Source of the DNA: Eledone cirrhosa
Taxonomy: Eukaryota
NCBI GenBank assembly: GCA_964016885.1
Contig: OZ024741.1
Location: forward strand, 232,438,001-232,502,000
Length of the DNA stretch: 64,000 nucleotides
Direction: 5' to 3'
Positions 12,970 through 25,867 of the stretch are shown here, in pieces. Made by a program: the position numbers and the translations under genes. Within the stretch, counting starts at the first letter, position 1. Each line of letters begins with the position of its first letter. The notes under the pieces are model-generated. The model was given only the letters and a program-made list of their open reading frames with translations, did no database searches and was not told where the DNA came from.

Positions 12970-13345
12970 GATCAATGGACGAGTTCTCTTCAGCGGTCTC
13001 TGTCCCTCATTATCGCTGCCATGTCCTGCGTCTCCAACAGACCAGTGTCTGTCCTTAGGGCATCAACATACGTTAACCCTGATCCTCCCCCTCCAGTGTG
13101 TCCATGCAGGGGCTCCCACAGGAGCACTGAGCGCAATGTCAACTCTGGATGTCGGTGAGCATGTCCAGCCAACCTCAGTCTCCTCTGTGTCACTCCGGAG
13201 CTGACCACTGGGAGGCTCCCATACAGCTCTTAGTTGCCCATCCTCAGTGTATACTGATCAATGTTCAGAGCCATCCCCAGTACTCCCGTGCCGCGACTTG
13301 GGATCGGTGTGGAAGTCGAACTTTCGTGGTGACCTGAGGGTCCGC
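12970..13345 (-). mobile_element. RTE/RTEX-type LINE 3' fragment
   Basis: RRLRLAGHAHRHPE..VLLWEP.HG....G...TYVD.L..DTGL..MRDRDR; flanked by (TA)n on both sides. Confidence 0.75.
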
Positions 13346-13348
13346 CTC

Positions 13349-13393
<45 letters not shown>

Positions 13394-13429
13394 ATGTACA
13401 TATGTATGTATGTATGTATTTCCCCGTTT

Positions 13430-15775
13430 ACCCTTTTATCTGTTCCAGATATTCGGCTGAGGCCATGCTGGGACCTGCCCTTACTTTACCTTTGTACCGT
13501 GCAGTGGGATCATCCAGCATCCTGCATATCAGAGTGTCAAGATGTTTCTTTAAAACATCCATATCCACACCATGCAGATCTTTCAATTTTTCTTTTGGCA
13601 GTTTGTTGAAGAGTTGATGGCCTTTGAAACCTAGGTTATGGCAATATATGTTCCGGATTCTAGATGCGAATGCCGGGCAGTTGGCACCACACAGTGACGT
13701 CCTGTTCTGAGGCTGGTCCAGCTCTCAATGCCAAAGTTTAGTAGCTCATCTCCTTCATCAAGTAACTCATCTCCTTCATCATGGCAATTCTCTTGGTGTA
13801 GCTTCGTCTGGATCACCTCAAGCTCCGTGGTTAATTTGGAAGCAGTACTTCAGTCGGCTTAGGACAAATGTCCTCTGTAGTATCTCGGTTTCTTGTACGG
13901 AAAGTCCTCAAGATCCAGCAAGCGAATCGTCTGCATATTGTCACCACTCTCATTATGTGTGAAGAAAAAGATGCATAGCCGCTCATATCTATCCCCACGT
14001 CTCATGTCTATTTCGATACGAGGATTTCGTTCCATCCTGCTCCGGTTTAGTTGTGTTGTACTGTCTTTGTGTTAGCAGGATGATATTTTAGGGCTTGAAA
14101 TTTTCCAGCATTAAAATGCATGTTGTTGTCCTCATACCATTTTTTAAGGGCATCCAAATCTTGTAAAAGGACAGCATCAGCCGGGTTAATGATTGCCTCT
14201 GCTACCTTTGTTTCAGTACCCAGTGATAGTTTTGTAACAGCTGTGTAAGGCACCTGCTTCCGGGGTGAAAGCCATGATGTTTGATATTTAGGCGGTCATT
14301 TTCTTCGAGGAACCTGATCAGATTCTTTCTGATGATTCATTCCATGACCTTATTGATATGTGACGTCAGGGAGACTGGCTTGTATTGTTGGCCTCCTCTC
14401 TCTGTCCTCCTTTATGAATAGGGCATATTGTGCCTTCTTTTAGCTGTCTGGGTAGTTTACTCCAAGATGTTTGTGTCCGTTGGCATTTTTTTCCGGGAGA
14501 AAAATTATGGCTTATGTTGAAAATATGTTTTGGTGTCTTGTGTGGTGATGTTGTCTCCCCAGTTTTGCTTCAGGATCTCTTCCTTGATCTTTTTCCAGTT
14601 AGCCTTGTGAAAGTTTATGCTGGATAAATTCGCGGTGCTTCTTAATGGTTTCTTCTCTACTGATTCTCTCAGACCAAATACCATTAGTTCTACTAAGATA
14701 TCATCCGAGAAAATGGTTGGAGTCACGTTTAAATGTTGGTTGAGCATCGTGGATGTTATCTATAAAGCAGTAATTCGGGATATTCTCACCACTTATTTGG
14801 AGGAGTACTGCTTTTTCCATGAACAGCTTATGTGTGAGGGCCAGCAGGGACTCCGTTAGTCTCTGTTCGAGTGTTGTCATTTTAGGGAGGGGGTGGCCTT
14901 CAGACTATTTGACTTTTGGTAGGTTAAACTCTCCCACCATCAGAATGTCGAGACCTTGGTCCAGTTTGGATTTCTTCCATCCTTCTGAGGCTTTCCTCAA
15001 ACCTACCTTCAAGACTAACAGCATCTGGTGGCCGATATGTGACTCATATTACCATTTTCATTTGCTTCATATGTACTCTCAGTGTATCACAGACTGAGTG
15101 GGAATGTGTCAACAGTAAAATGGGTGTGACATCTTCACGGATATACAAGGCAACCCAACTACGAATTCTCTCCTTCCTGCTCGAACAAAATACTGTGTAC
15201 TTTGATATATGTATTTCCGCATCTGCTATACTGCTTGTCAGGTGCGTTTCAGTTAGCGCCATGCATATTGCTTAATTGATTATGGATAAGTATCTCCGGT
15301 AGGGAAATGTGTTCATATTGGTGAGTTTCACCAGGCCTCTGAAATTCAACAGCAACACAGATGTGAGATTTGGGGCGTCAGCAGAGGCTGTCAGTGTGGA
15401 TCCTGGGTTGGTGTCAACGGCGGCATCCTGGGTTTCCTGATTGCGGTGGTCTCGAATGCTTGATTGAGTGGCCCTGGTCCTTATAACGATGTAGCCAGGT
15501 CAGTTTTCTCACGAACTCCTCCGCCATTTCTAAAAAGGTCTTTTGCGCCACTGCCGCCGTCTGTATTGTATCTGTATATGCTTTCCTTCTCCTCTTTGTT
15601 GGGGCAGCACCCGTGACAGCATCATATTTCTGGGGCATCTTGAATCGGTTCTGAATTTGGCTGGGATATTTTGGATGAGTAGGTTGGGTGTAGTTTACGT
15701 GGAACCTAGGATGAGCGAAGCTACAGCGTGTCCCTCTTTCTCCATGCCAGCAGATGCCGTTCCGTATGTATCTAT
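13430..15775 (-). mobile_element. Internally deleted CR1-clade LINE (ORF1 CCCH finger, APE and RT relics)
   Basis: RNGICWHGERGTRCSFAHP; ALTETHL..I.DAEI.I..Y..VALYIRE; QDLDALKKWYEDNNMHFNAGKFQ; C-terminal LFNKLP..KKHLD. Confidence 0.8.
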
Positions 15776-16036
15776 GTATGCATGTATGGGTGTGTATGCA
15801 CTCGAGAGTGTGTTGTGTGTGTGTGTGTGTGTGTGTCTGTATGTCTGTATATATATATGTATACATATATATGCAGATCCCGAATGAAATCGGGTAACAT
15901 TAGTTTCAAAGTTTTAAATACATTAATATAGTGTAAACATTATGAATTAATACAAAAACTGCTCCTACAGGTTTAGAACAGTTCATTCCTACCAATAATA
16001 CGGTCCTAGTCCTGTAGAAGCCAATCTTATGTCATA

Positions 16037-16640
16037 TCGTCGTTTGTACGTCCGCTTTTCCACGCTTGCCTCGTTTCGACGGGTTCCTCTCAGCAGGGCA
16101 TCTCTTAACACGATGCGATACTATCTCATCGCCTCTGTGAGTCTCATTGATTTGAGGTCAGCTCTCAAAAACTCTGCCCAGATCTTTCTTGGTCTATCTC
16201 TACCGCAACTTCATTCCACTGGCAATTCCTAGTATTTCTTCATCCAAATATCATTGTCCATGCGTATCAATTGACGATACGAACGCAGTTTCTCTCCTGC
16301 TCACTTCGTCGGATTCTTCTTAAACCCAGCTTCTCTTTCAACTTTTTCAAGCCCTAATTCTCTCTCACACTTACATTGCACATTCATCGGTGCATAATTC
16401 TTCATTTCTCTCCAGTATACACACGACCTCTGAGGTCACAGCCCATATTTCACTACCATGCAGCATCGCACTTCGCACACAGGGGACATACAGTCGTCCT
16501 ATGTACATAGGGAAAAAAGTGTTGTGGTCAACAGTAGGAGTAGATCTCTGAACTTATCCTTACTGTAGCTATTATGCTGTCAGCGCACCACACTCCATTG
16601 CTAATTACGAAGGTATCACCAATTTCTATGTAACCTTCCT
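16037..16640 (-). mobile_element. RTE-type LINE 3' fragment
   Basis: Reverse complement of the GCAAGCGTGGAAAAGCGGACGT.CAAACGACG tail; upstream relic resembles 5090-5600. Confidence 0.75.
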
Positions 16641-16940
16641 ACGATGGGAAAAGGCTTACACCGATGGTACTGTTCCCCTCGGTAACCCCTCTCTATCCAC
16701 ACGCACACACACACTGTATACACTGGTTTTCCTATTACCCGAACATGGAACCTCGTTCTTCCCCAAACACTCACACTCACATCCACACTTACACACACAC
16801 ACGTACACTTACACACATAAACACACACCACCTTCCGCCCTCCCCGCTCGGACCCCCGTATGAATAATTAAACACCATCCTGAATAGGGTATATTTTACT
16901 AAAAACAGTTAATGGTTATTAATCTACATTTAAAAATTAG

Positions 16941-17055
16941 CTTTAGAGGGTGTCATTAGAAAGATAAATCTTTAGAGGGTGTCATTAGAAAGATAAATCT
17001 TTAGAGGGTGTCATTAGAAAGATAAATCTTTAGAGGGTGTCATTAGAAAAATAAA
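16941..17055. repeat. Minisatellite, 29-bp unit x4
   Basis: CTTTAGAGGGTGTCATTAGAAAGATAAAT head-to-tail, no spacers. Confidence 0.95.
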
Positions 17056-18204
17056 AAATTAAGAAAAACGAATTCAATAATTTAAAAGAATTAAAAGAAT
17101 TAAAATTAAAATTAAAATTAGAATTATATAGAAGTATATAATGTAGAAGTACATAAATATATATAAAAATTATTCATATTTCTTTAGTCATTCATATTTC
17201 TTTAGAATAAATAATTAATCCCACACTAGCGATTAATAATAATAAAAAATTGGAGTTATCTTTCCTTCTTTCAATCATAAAAACTTTTTATATATAAATC
17301 CGTTAATTTAATTTAACCTTGTTAAATAAATTTAATTTAACCTAATTAATTAAATTTAATTTAACCTTATAAATTGTAACTACATATTTATTTACATAAA
17401 ATCAACATCCCTAGTAACCTATATTAGGAACAAGCACCTATTTATTTTATTTATTTATAAATCAACATCCCTCGTAACTCATATTATAAACAAACTATCC
17501 TTTAAAAAAACACATATGCTATTATTAAAATACATATATAGATATTTATATATTATTATAATAAGATAAATAATTCTCCATATAAATAAAGATAAATGTC
17601 TTAATATATTTTTCCCTAAATTAACGTTCAAGTGATTTTCCTTTTCCTTTTTCTTTCTTCTTTAACAATTTTAGTTTGATAATTTATATAGCTTCGTTAA
17701 ATTAACAATATTCTGAAAACATTCTCAATATTGAGAATTCATTGAATCCACAATGTATTCTAATCTCACAATTTGAAAATAAAATGTTCAACATCCTTCG
17801 TAATTCATATTTGTTTATATAAACAATCAATACATACGCAACTTATTAATATATATAGAGATATTTATGTACATATAACCTATTCTAATGTAATGAGATA
17901 AATATACTTTCAAACTATAATTCTTCATATAATTTTATAACTCATAATATAGGTAACACAAATCTTTTCCCCCAAATAAACGTTATTATTTTCTATTTGC
18001 TTCCTTCCTTATCATAAATATTTAAATTTTCCATAGCGTCTAAAATAACGTCTTTTCAGCCCTTTAAGATACACATCATTTGCATAATCATATTAATAAT
18101 TTTAAATATCTGACCTTTCACCTCTTTCCTTCACTTTCCAGGGATAACTTGAACCGTTAAGGTATATCATTGTTGGTCATGTCAAATATTTATAAAATAT
18201 TTTG

Positions 18205-18266
18205 TATTTTATCTGATGATAGCGTACCAAAATTGTTGGTACCCTTGAAATATATATAATAGAATA
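18205..18266 (+). ncRNA. Type I hammerhead ribozyme motif
   Basis: tattttat-CTGATGA-tagcgtaccaa-aattg-ttggtaccctt-GAAA-tatata-TA-atagaata; 8-bp stem I, long stem II, palindromic stem III. Confidence 0.75.
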
Positions 18267-18499
18267 AATATGGTTTTATAAATATAGTTTCCATTTATTT
18301 AATATCAATTGAATACTTACTTCAGAAATCTGTCAGTGCTTTGAATCAGTTGTTGGATCTATATTTGTTCTTTGAATCTATATTTGTTGGATTTCCAACA
18401 AATTAAATATCTCTTATATATATATGTATAAGAGATATTTCTGGAGTAAGTATTCAATTGATATTAAATAAATGGAAACTATATTTATAAAACCATATT

Positions 18500-18561
18500 T
18501 ATTCTATTATATATATTTCAAGGGTACCAACAATTTTGGTACGCTATCATCAGATAAAATG
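18500..18561 (-). ncRNA. Type I hammerhead ribozyme motif (mirror copy)
   Basis: Reverse complement of 18205-18266, with one terminal stem I change. Confidence 0.75.
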
Positions 18562-18589
18562 CAAAATGTTTTATAAATATTTGACATGA

Positions 18590-19291
18590 CCAACGCTACT
18601 TTCATCCAACGTACCAATAAGGAAACACATTTCATTAATAAATTTCAACCACTACTCAATGCCCTAAACATCGGACCAATCTAAAACTGCAACAAACCAT
18701 CAAACATTTACAAGAGTTACCTCCCTCACACCCTACCTAATCCTTTTTCTTAAATAAATTAAATATCACCCAGCAAGAGAAATCATATCAAACCACAATC
18801 CACCATTTGCCTCCTTCACGGAACCATGGTTCAACTAAGTACTCTTGCGATATTAACACATTTTGAACTGCTTAACTTCAATGACTGTGCTTGTAAATAA
18901 CATTATTTTTTCTTCCACATTGACTTTTACGTTCCACATTATGCACGTTTTTTTTCCTTTTTCTTTTTGCTTTTCACTTCTTAAACCTTGTTTATATTTA
19001 ACATTATTCTTTCTGCACCTTCTGTTTAACATGTGCAACACCAGACAATTACATTTCACTATCATTTGATAATGCATATAAATGCTGAAACCGGTAATAG
19101 ACATTAATTAAATATATAAATAGATAAATAAATGCCATTGTTAAATAATCAATAAATCAACTAATACCTTAACAATTCACACAAAGTAAAACATTTCGTT
19201 TTAATCATTTTCTAACCCAGAAAAAAGAGAGAAACAAAACAGGAAAAAAATATTTTTTTCTTCCTCATAATCGTCTCTTTCTCCCTGTTTT

Positions 19292-19292
<1 letters not shown>
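18590..19292 (+). mobile_element. Penelope-like 3' fragment (GIY-YIG end, 3' UTR and hammerhead-like motif 19059-19100)
   Basis: Encodes QRTNKETHFINKFQPLLN, then TTGATAA-tgcat-ataa-atgct-GAAACCGGTA; ends in (TA)n. Confidence 0.7.
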
Positions 19293-19334
<42 letters not shown>

Positions 19335-19386
19335 CGTTTCAGAATTTTGTTAGTAAGATTCTTTATCTGACGATTGTTCATATATT

Positions 19387-19429
19387 GTCAAAGTTCTTTC
19401 GTCACACATTCTGTGACCTCTTCAGCGAC
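19387..19429 (-). ncRNA. Minimal hammerhead motif with an extra purine after A9
   Basis: gtcg-CTGAAGA-g-gtcac-agaatgt-gtgac-GAAAG-aa-CTT-tgac. Confidence 0.7.
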
Positions 19430-19950
19430 TGGGGATTCTTTTCTTTGTTGCTGTGCCTCTTCTTTGTTCTGTCCTACGCCATCTTGATGGCGTAGGACAG
19501 AACAAAGGAGAGGCACAAACCAACCAACCAACCAACCGGAAATTTATAAATTCCTAAATTTAAATTTAATTTATAATAAATTGCAGAGAAAGCAACTGGT
19601 GCCTGTGTTTCTTATTGGTAACATGAATCTCCCAAAGCATAACAATATATATATATATAAGGACTCTATATCTTTGATATATTGTTTTTGTTTATGCCAC
19701 GAAACTACGTAGTCGAGGAATTTAGGAACAGTTTAGGTATGATACATTTTATTACTAATTATATCTAAATGTTTCTTCTCTCTTCATAATGTATTTTTAA
19801 CTCTGATACTGGTTCAGTCTGGTTCAAACTAAATTGGTCTGTCCCAGTCATTCATTGAGCAACATCGGTGAAGTTGGCACCCTTAACTCACAGTTGGGTG
19901 CGGATGCATTCATGTATATATGTGTGTGTCCGCATATATCTGTGTGTTTC

Positions 19951-20010
<60 letters not shown>

Positions 20011-20014
20011 TTTT

Positions 20015-21565
20015 AAATAACAGATTAAATGTGCAGGTGAAGGAATGGTGAATAGGGAAAGACCCATTAGGGCCTGTAAGAGTGGTGACGGTGGAAATAA
20101 AGGGAAAAGTGTTGCAACGGGAACGGGAACAAGGATGAGAGCCGGGTGAAGTCGTGAGAGAGGACGAAAAAGAACTGCGAACCAGAAGGTCGCGGAGGTT
20201 GTGGGCACGCTTAAAAGCAGTAATGTGTGGGTTTGGAAAAAAGCGAGAAGTGACGGGGTCAGAAGAGAGGATACGGAAGGAACGGAAGATATGTCACCGG
20301 AGTGGTAGCGTTATGGGGTGGTAGGTGAGAGGGAAAGGAACACGGGTGTTGGGAGAGCGGGGTGATGAGAGAGGGCTGTGGTGCGGTATGTTTCACGTTC
20401 GCGGGTGGGAGCAGCTTGGATCAAGGTGGGGGATATCCACGCTGATGAAGCAGGAAGTCATGCGAAGACGGAGGAATTGGGAATAGTTTATGGCGTGTTT
20501 GTTGTGGGTTGAATTGGAGGAGGTGAAGTCGAGATAAGATTGGGAGTCTGTTGGTTTAATGTACATGGAAGTAAAGAGGGTGTGGTGAGAGAGATTAATA
20601 GATAGAGACATATCTAGAAAAGCGACAGAAGAATCGGAGACGGAGGCGGTGAAATTGAGAGCAGGATGGAAAGATTTGACAAAAGAAAGAAAACAGTCGA
20701 GCTGTTCTCGTGATAGAGAGGTGGCACCGATACAGTCGTCGATATAAGGACCGTATAGCTCAGGAGTCGGTCCAGCGTACTGGGAGAAGATCTGGGCTTC
20801 GACGTAGCCAACAAACAAGTTGGCATAGTTTGGACCCATTCTGGTCCCCATCGCTACCACAGAGACCTGCTGGTAAAATTCAACCGAAAAATAAAATCCA
20901 TTAAGGTTGAGAACAAGCTCAGCCAGAAGGAGAAGAGTGGCAGTGCTGGGGTAAGGGGTAGGGCGTAAATTTAAAAAATGCTGGAGAGCGCAGAGGCTGT
21001 CATCATGAGGGATGACGGTATAAAGAGAAGTGATGTCCAGGGTAAAGAGAAGGCGGGAGGGACCAGGAGTGAAGGAGAAAGAGTTGAACAGTCTAAGGGC
21101 ATGATTTGTAGCATGGATGGGGGGGGGGATTGCCTACCAACGGGGCGACGATGGTGTCTAAATATTCAGAAATTATCTCGGTGGGGCAGTTGCACGCAGA
21201 AACGATAGGACGGGCAGGATTATTTTGTCTGTGTACTTTGGGAAGTAGATGGTGGGTGTGCGAGAGGTGCGTGCAATAAGGTTGGTGGGTGTGGGGGGAG
21301 GTGAGAGAGGAGATGAGCTAGTGGATAGTGGAGGACACGAGTTGTTGGTAGCCAGGAGTGGGGTCGGAGGATAAAGGGTGGTAACAAAGGGTATTGTGAA
21401 GCTGGCGTAGAACCTATAGAGGTCAGCGCTCCAAACCACCGCAGCGCCACCTTTGTCAGCGGGTTTGATGACAATGTCATCGCGACACCGAAGGTTGCGA
21501 AGAGCGGACAGCTCAGTTCGCGTGATGTTAGAGCGACGAGAATGCTAGTGGAAATGGAACCGATT
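20015..21565 (-). mobile_element. Penelope-like element reverse transcriptase relic
   Basis: IVIKPADKGGAAVVW; FTLDITSLYTVIPH; VAMGTRMGPNYANLFVG; YIDDC; FLD; YIKPTDSQSYLDFTSS. Frameshifted. Confidence 0.92.
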
Positions 21566-21628
<63 letters not shown>

Positions 21629-21711
21629 ATACTATGGAAGAATCATGCTGCCAATAAAACAAACAAGCAAACACCTTGGTTGGTTTAATAACAGATTGTC
21701 AATTATCTATT

Positions 21712-21754
21712 GTCAAAGCTCTTTCGTCACACGTTTGGTGACTTCCTCATTGAC
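21712..21754 (-). ncRNA. Minimal hammerhead motif, same family as 19387-19429 (C3 mutated)
   Basis: gtca-ATGAGGA-a-gtcac-caaacgt-gtgac-GAAAG-ag-CTT-tgac; flanking 21690-21802 is homologous to 19368-19486. Confidence 0.6.
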
Positions 21755-22380
21755 TGATTTGTTGTGATCTCCCTCCCCTTTGTTCTGTCCTATACCATCT
21801 TGTGCTAGCCGTCAGCTTTTCAATATTCATAACTAGAAGACTCTCTAAATGTTTATTCGTAAATGTTTATTCGTATATCATTAGATATACGACTTTCTCA
21901 TACTTATATGTATACAGCTATATCGGAGTGAACATTTTTAATCTATATATATATAATATATATGCATTTATGTAACTGTATATATACGCCTATCAATGTC
22001 TGCTTCAGTCAATGTATTGGTGTGTGTAGGCTCGTCGCTTGTTTACAAAAATCTTGTATAAATCAAAAAAATGTGTTTCGCACTTTTCTTTTCAGATTGC
22101 GAACATCCTACTGCCTGTCTTACAGCTGACAGACATACCAATGACGTTTGTAGGCTCCATTGTTCAAGAAATGGGAGTAAGTATTCTGGAATGTAATGTC
22201 TATCATCATCTTCGTATCAATGCAATTGTTAGACAAATTATTCCTTCTTCTTCTTCTTTTTCTTCTTTCTTTTTCTTCTTCTTCTTCTTCTTCTTCTGTA
22301 GCATAAAAACGACGACGTTCTCGGGGAGACTGTAATGTTCGAAGAAAATCAACTAGCCACTCTCTTCTAGAGAAATTTCA

Positions 22381-22825
22381 GTCTAGGACTCATGGATAAT
22401 TTCCAGACATCCCTGGCCTGACAGCTTCAAAGAGGAGCTTTGCCAGTTCAGGACAACTTGTATAGGTATAGAAGTGACGTGAACCGGGTTTGTCTGAGAT
22501 TTGCTAAGGGTGACGAAACCTTCCTGCCAGGAATCCTCGAGTGCCCAGGCATTGCTGATTTGTGGGTTTATGACGAACACCTTCTGTCAGTTGTGGGCCG
22601 ATTCCGTATATCAACAGAATCCATTGTGAAGATCGCCAGACCAGATCTATTTAGAGTGGAAGGAGAGTTGAAAGATGTCGTGCAGTGGTCGTGCTTGAAA
22701 GGTGTGAAGGCAAGGACCTACCTCTTCGTCGATATCAAGATTGAAGTTTTCAGGTTTCACCTGAAGAGTAAAATCAGTGTGGAGATGGAAATGCTGCCTT
22801 CCAATCAATTTGTAATGTACTGGTG
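22381..22825 (+). mobile_element. Tx1/L1-type LINE 3' fragment (zf-RVT-like region)
   Basis: LPVQDNLY...VCLRF...DET...ECPGIADLW; homologous to the 3' ends of the minus-strand Tx1-like copies. Confidence 0.75.
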
Positions 22826-22862
22826 TAATTGCTGGCCTTGTCCCAAAAGTAGAAATAATTAA

Positions 22863-23078
22863 GGGCGGCAAATTGGCTGTATCGGGAGAGTGTCGGACAC
22901 CCTGCTTCGCGGCAGAGATTTACGGCCTTTTACGTTCGGATTTCAAATCCGGCCGGGGGTAGCTCTGCATTTCATCCTTACGGGGTAGATAAAATAAGGC
23001 AGCATCAATGCACTGGCATCGATTTAATCGACATTCCCCTCCCCTTCAAAATGCTGGCATTGTCCTAATGTAGAAGTC
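22863..23078 (+). mobile_element. tRNA-derived SINE (long form)
   Basis: A/B-box-like head, Nin/Deu-like core (CATCCTTACGGGGTAGATAAAATAA), extra TCGATTTAATCGAC segment. Confidence 0.85.
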
Positions 23079-23084
23079 CTGATG

Positions 23085-23960
23085 TTGTTTCTATTGTATT
23101 GATAGCACATTTCGCAATATGTGTGCATTACCTTGTAGTGCTATCTTTTGTATGCTGTATATATTTCTACATCACGGACGTTGGGCTATAATATCTGGTC
23201 GGTTGTCCTTGCTCTCTCTGTCTGTATGTATTAGCATATCCCAGAGAATGGTTGCTTTGTCATTCTCTAACACTGTTTCTTGTGCATTATTGTACCATCT
23301 TGGAGGGCGGTGGATTGGCAGTATCAGTAGAGAGTCGGACGCCATGCTTTCCAGCATAGTTACGCTCCTTTACGGTCTGTGTTTAAATCCCGCCGAGGTT
23401 AACTTTGCCTTTCATCCTTACGGGGTCGATAAAATAAAGTACCAGTAATGTACTGGGTAATTGCTGGCCTTGTGCCAAAAGTAGAAACAATTATTTACCA
23501 TCTTAGGTGGATTGGCAGTATCGGTAAAGGGTCGGACGCAATGCTTTGACGCAAAGAGTTACGGCCCTTTCCATTCTGAGTTCAAATCCTGCCGAGGTTA
23601 ACTTTGCTTTTCATCCTTACGGGGTCGATAAAATAAAGTACCAGTAATACACTGGTTAATTGCTGGCCTTGTGCCAAAAGTAGAAACAATTATTGTACCA
23701 TCTTTTTTCTGTTGGTATTTGATAATGCTAGCATAATTTCCGGTGTATGAAGCTCCCAACTCTATCATGCCTATGGATATATTCTTTTCGGGATAGAGCT
23801 GGGCATCCAGGATCTATGTGGTTGATTGTTTCTTCCCTACCTCCACATTCTACAATTACTTATTGTGCTTTGTTATGTACATCTGGTACTGTCTGATGAG
23901 TAGGCATTAATCTTTTGCTGGAATTATAAATCGTCCCATCTCAGGTTTTAGTCCAGTGCT
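23085..23960 (-). mobile_element. R4/Dong-type LINE 3' relic (restriction-like endonuclease), interrupted by two SINEs
   Basis: WY...ETVLENDKATILWD..IHTDR..KDNRPDII is an RLE motif. Confidence 0.75.
23305..23694 (+). mobile_element. Two tandem SINE copies (23305-23494 and 23505-23694)
   Basis: Both match the SINE consensus; the target sequence TATT(G)TACCATCT appears before, between and after them. Confidence 0.9.
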
Positions 23961-23990
23961 TCGGAGTACCATCATTAATTTCATATTACA

Positions 23991-24181
23991 GGGCGGTGGA
24001 TTGGCAGTATCAGTAGAGAGTCGGACGCCATGCTTTCCAGCATAGTTACGTCCCTTTACGATCTGAGTTCAAATCCCGCGGAGGTTGACTTTGCCTTTCA
24101 TCCTTACGGGGTCGATAAAATAAAGTACCAGTAATGCACTGGGTAATTGCTGGCCTTGTGCCTAAAGTAGAAACAATTATT
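23991..24181 (+). mobile_element. tRNA-derived SINE with target duplication ATTAATTTCATAT
   Basis: Full GGGCGGTGGATTGGCAG..GAGTTCAAATCC..GTAGAAACAATT copy. Confidence 0.9.
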
Positions 24182-24249
24182 AATTTCATATATGCTACAA
24201 GAGTCAATCAGACAATTCATTCTGTATTTGAGGCATTTGACATATCGGA

Positions 24250-25330
24250 CCAAACATCGAAATTTCAAGAAGGTCTTATTTACACTCCAAAATTTGTAAG
24301 AATTGGCCTATTGGAACACTTATTTGAACCAAGAGGTCGTACTGTCCCTGTTGATACATCTAGTCGCTTTCAGCCACAGCGTTGAACAACCAGAACAGAA
24401 ATTGCTGTTTTCAACAGTCTCCACTCTGTTATAAGTCTTCAGTTTGCTCAGGGAGTTTATTGAATTTGGATGCAATAGTATTCGTATACCTAAACCAAGC
24501 TTTCTTATCCACAAAGCTTTCCACTTTATCCTGTAGGTGTATCTTGAACTGAAAGATTTGTGGTTTGCCATGGCAATCCACAAATCTGACAGGTCTCCTT
24601 TTGCAGATATGTGCATGATGAGCAGTCGACAGCGCAGCACCTCTCATAACACGAACATTCAACACAGAATCGAAGCGACCAGAGACAAAAGAAAATCAAT
24701 TATGGATCTCTGTCCCTGATTTCTCACATACAATGTATATTTATGGATGTCATTTTCTCGGATGTAAATGTTCATAAAAGAAAGTCCAATACTCGAACAG
24801 AAGTCTAATAAGGGCTCTCCATTCATATTTAGATCGGGATCGCCGTTCTTTCCAATGACTCATTTACCTGCCAGGTGGTCAGTGTCAACATGTACAATGA
24901 AGTCTCCCATTAGGATATATGATTCAGTCTTAACTACATCTAACGCTGTAGGAAATTCATTAAGGAAAGATTTGTATTCGAACTCAATGTTTGGTGCATA
25001 AATTGCATCAATCACTGAGACCTATCTCTCAGCGTAGGCTTCAAAATCTAATACTCCTTTCTAATGGGTGCAGTTCATAATACAGTCTACTAGACGGGGC
25101 TTGTGGGTATCTCCACTGCCACATGTTCAGTCCTATATAGCGCCAAATATGAATAAGGGATTTTCCATTCTCCATCCAAATCTACACTACTAGAGCCATT
25201 GAACTTTTATAAGTAAACTCCGACAATAACTAGCCGGTAGTATCTAGCTTACCCCACTCGTTTCTGTTCCTTACCTGTAGAGGCTGCAATGTTCCAGGTT
25301 CCAATTGTCAAATATTTCTCCCGAACCCAC
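24250..25330 (-). mobile_element. RTE-type LINE 5' (APE endonuclease) relic
   Basis: LTIGTWNI...GKE; GDF..H; IGKNGDPDLNMNG..LL.F; homologous to 43950-44900. Confidence 0.75.
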
Positions 25331-25867
25331 TTTGGGATCTCGGGATACGCAATCTTAGTGTGTTCATCCCACGCCACCCAAGACATGTTGCAAGCCCATT
25401 GCCAATTGTTACAGCATGAGGTGGGGATTGCTGTGTACATTACGAAAAGCCTCTCTACCTAACATTTAAACGCGTCGCTTGTTAATCCACGATGCAGTAT
25501 TATGCAGTATGATTGCCTTTGTTGCGTCTAGCCATATTACAGTGTATTTTGGTTGCCTTATTCATGTCAGTCACCAATTGGGTACTTTTCCTAGACATTC
25601 GAGAAGTAGTAATCACAATTAATATATAATCGCAGTAGAGAGGAATATTTTCAACTTACTATATGACATATGGGGTCGCAGTTATGTATATTTATTAAAA
25701 TGTCTATTTTGGCTTTGGCACAGAACCTGTCCATCACGCTCCGTCTAACATGTCCCACTAACATTTTCGCCCCCCCCCCCCCCCTCGTCATCATTGCCAA
25801 TAGTATAAGTATCATCATAATCTTTTAATATCGAAATGGAAATATGTCATCAAATTATATTTTTCAG

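Larger units (their letters stand above)
18172..18594. repeat. Inverted repeat (about 160-bp arms), each arm carrying a hammerhead motif
   Basis: 18172-18330 is the near-perfect reverse complement of 18436-18594. Confidence 0.9.

Noticed and set aside
16941-17055. 29-bp repeats of CRISPR-like length
   Set aside because: Units are contiguous with no spacers, there are no cas genes, and the context is eukaryotic; it is a minisatellite.
19696-19720. GAAAC-TACGTA-GTC hammerhead 3' half
   Set aside because: No CTGANGA core or stem I partner found upstream; at best a truncated relic.
23991-24085. tRNA-like A and B boxes
   Set aside because: These are the head of a multicopy SINE with target duplications, not a tRNA gene.
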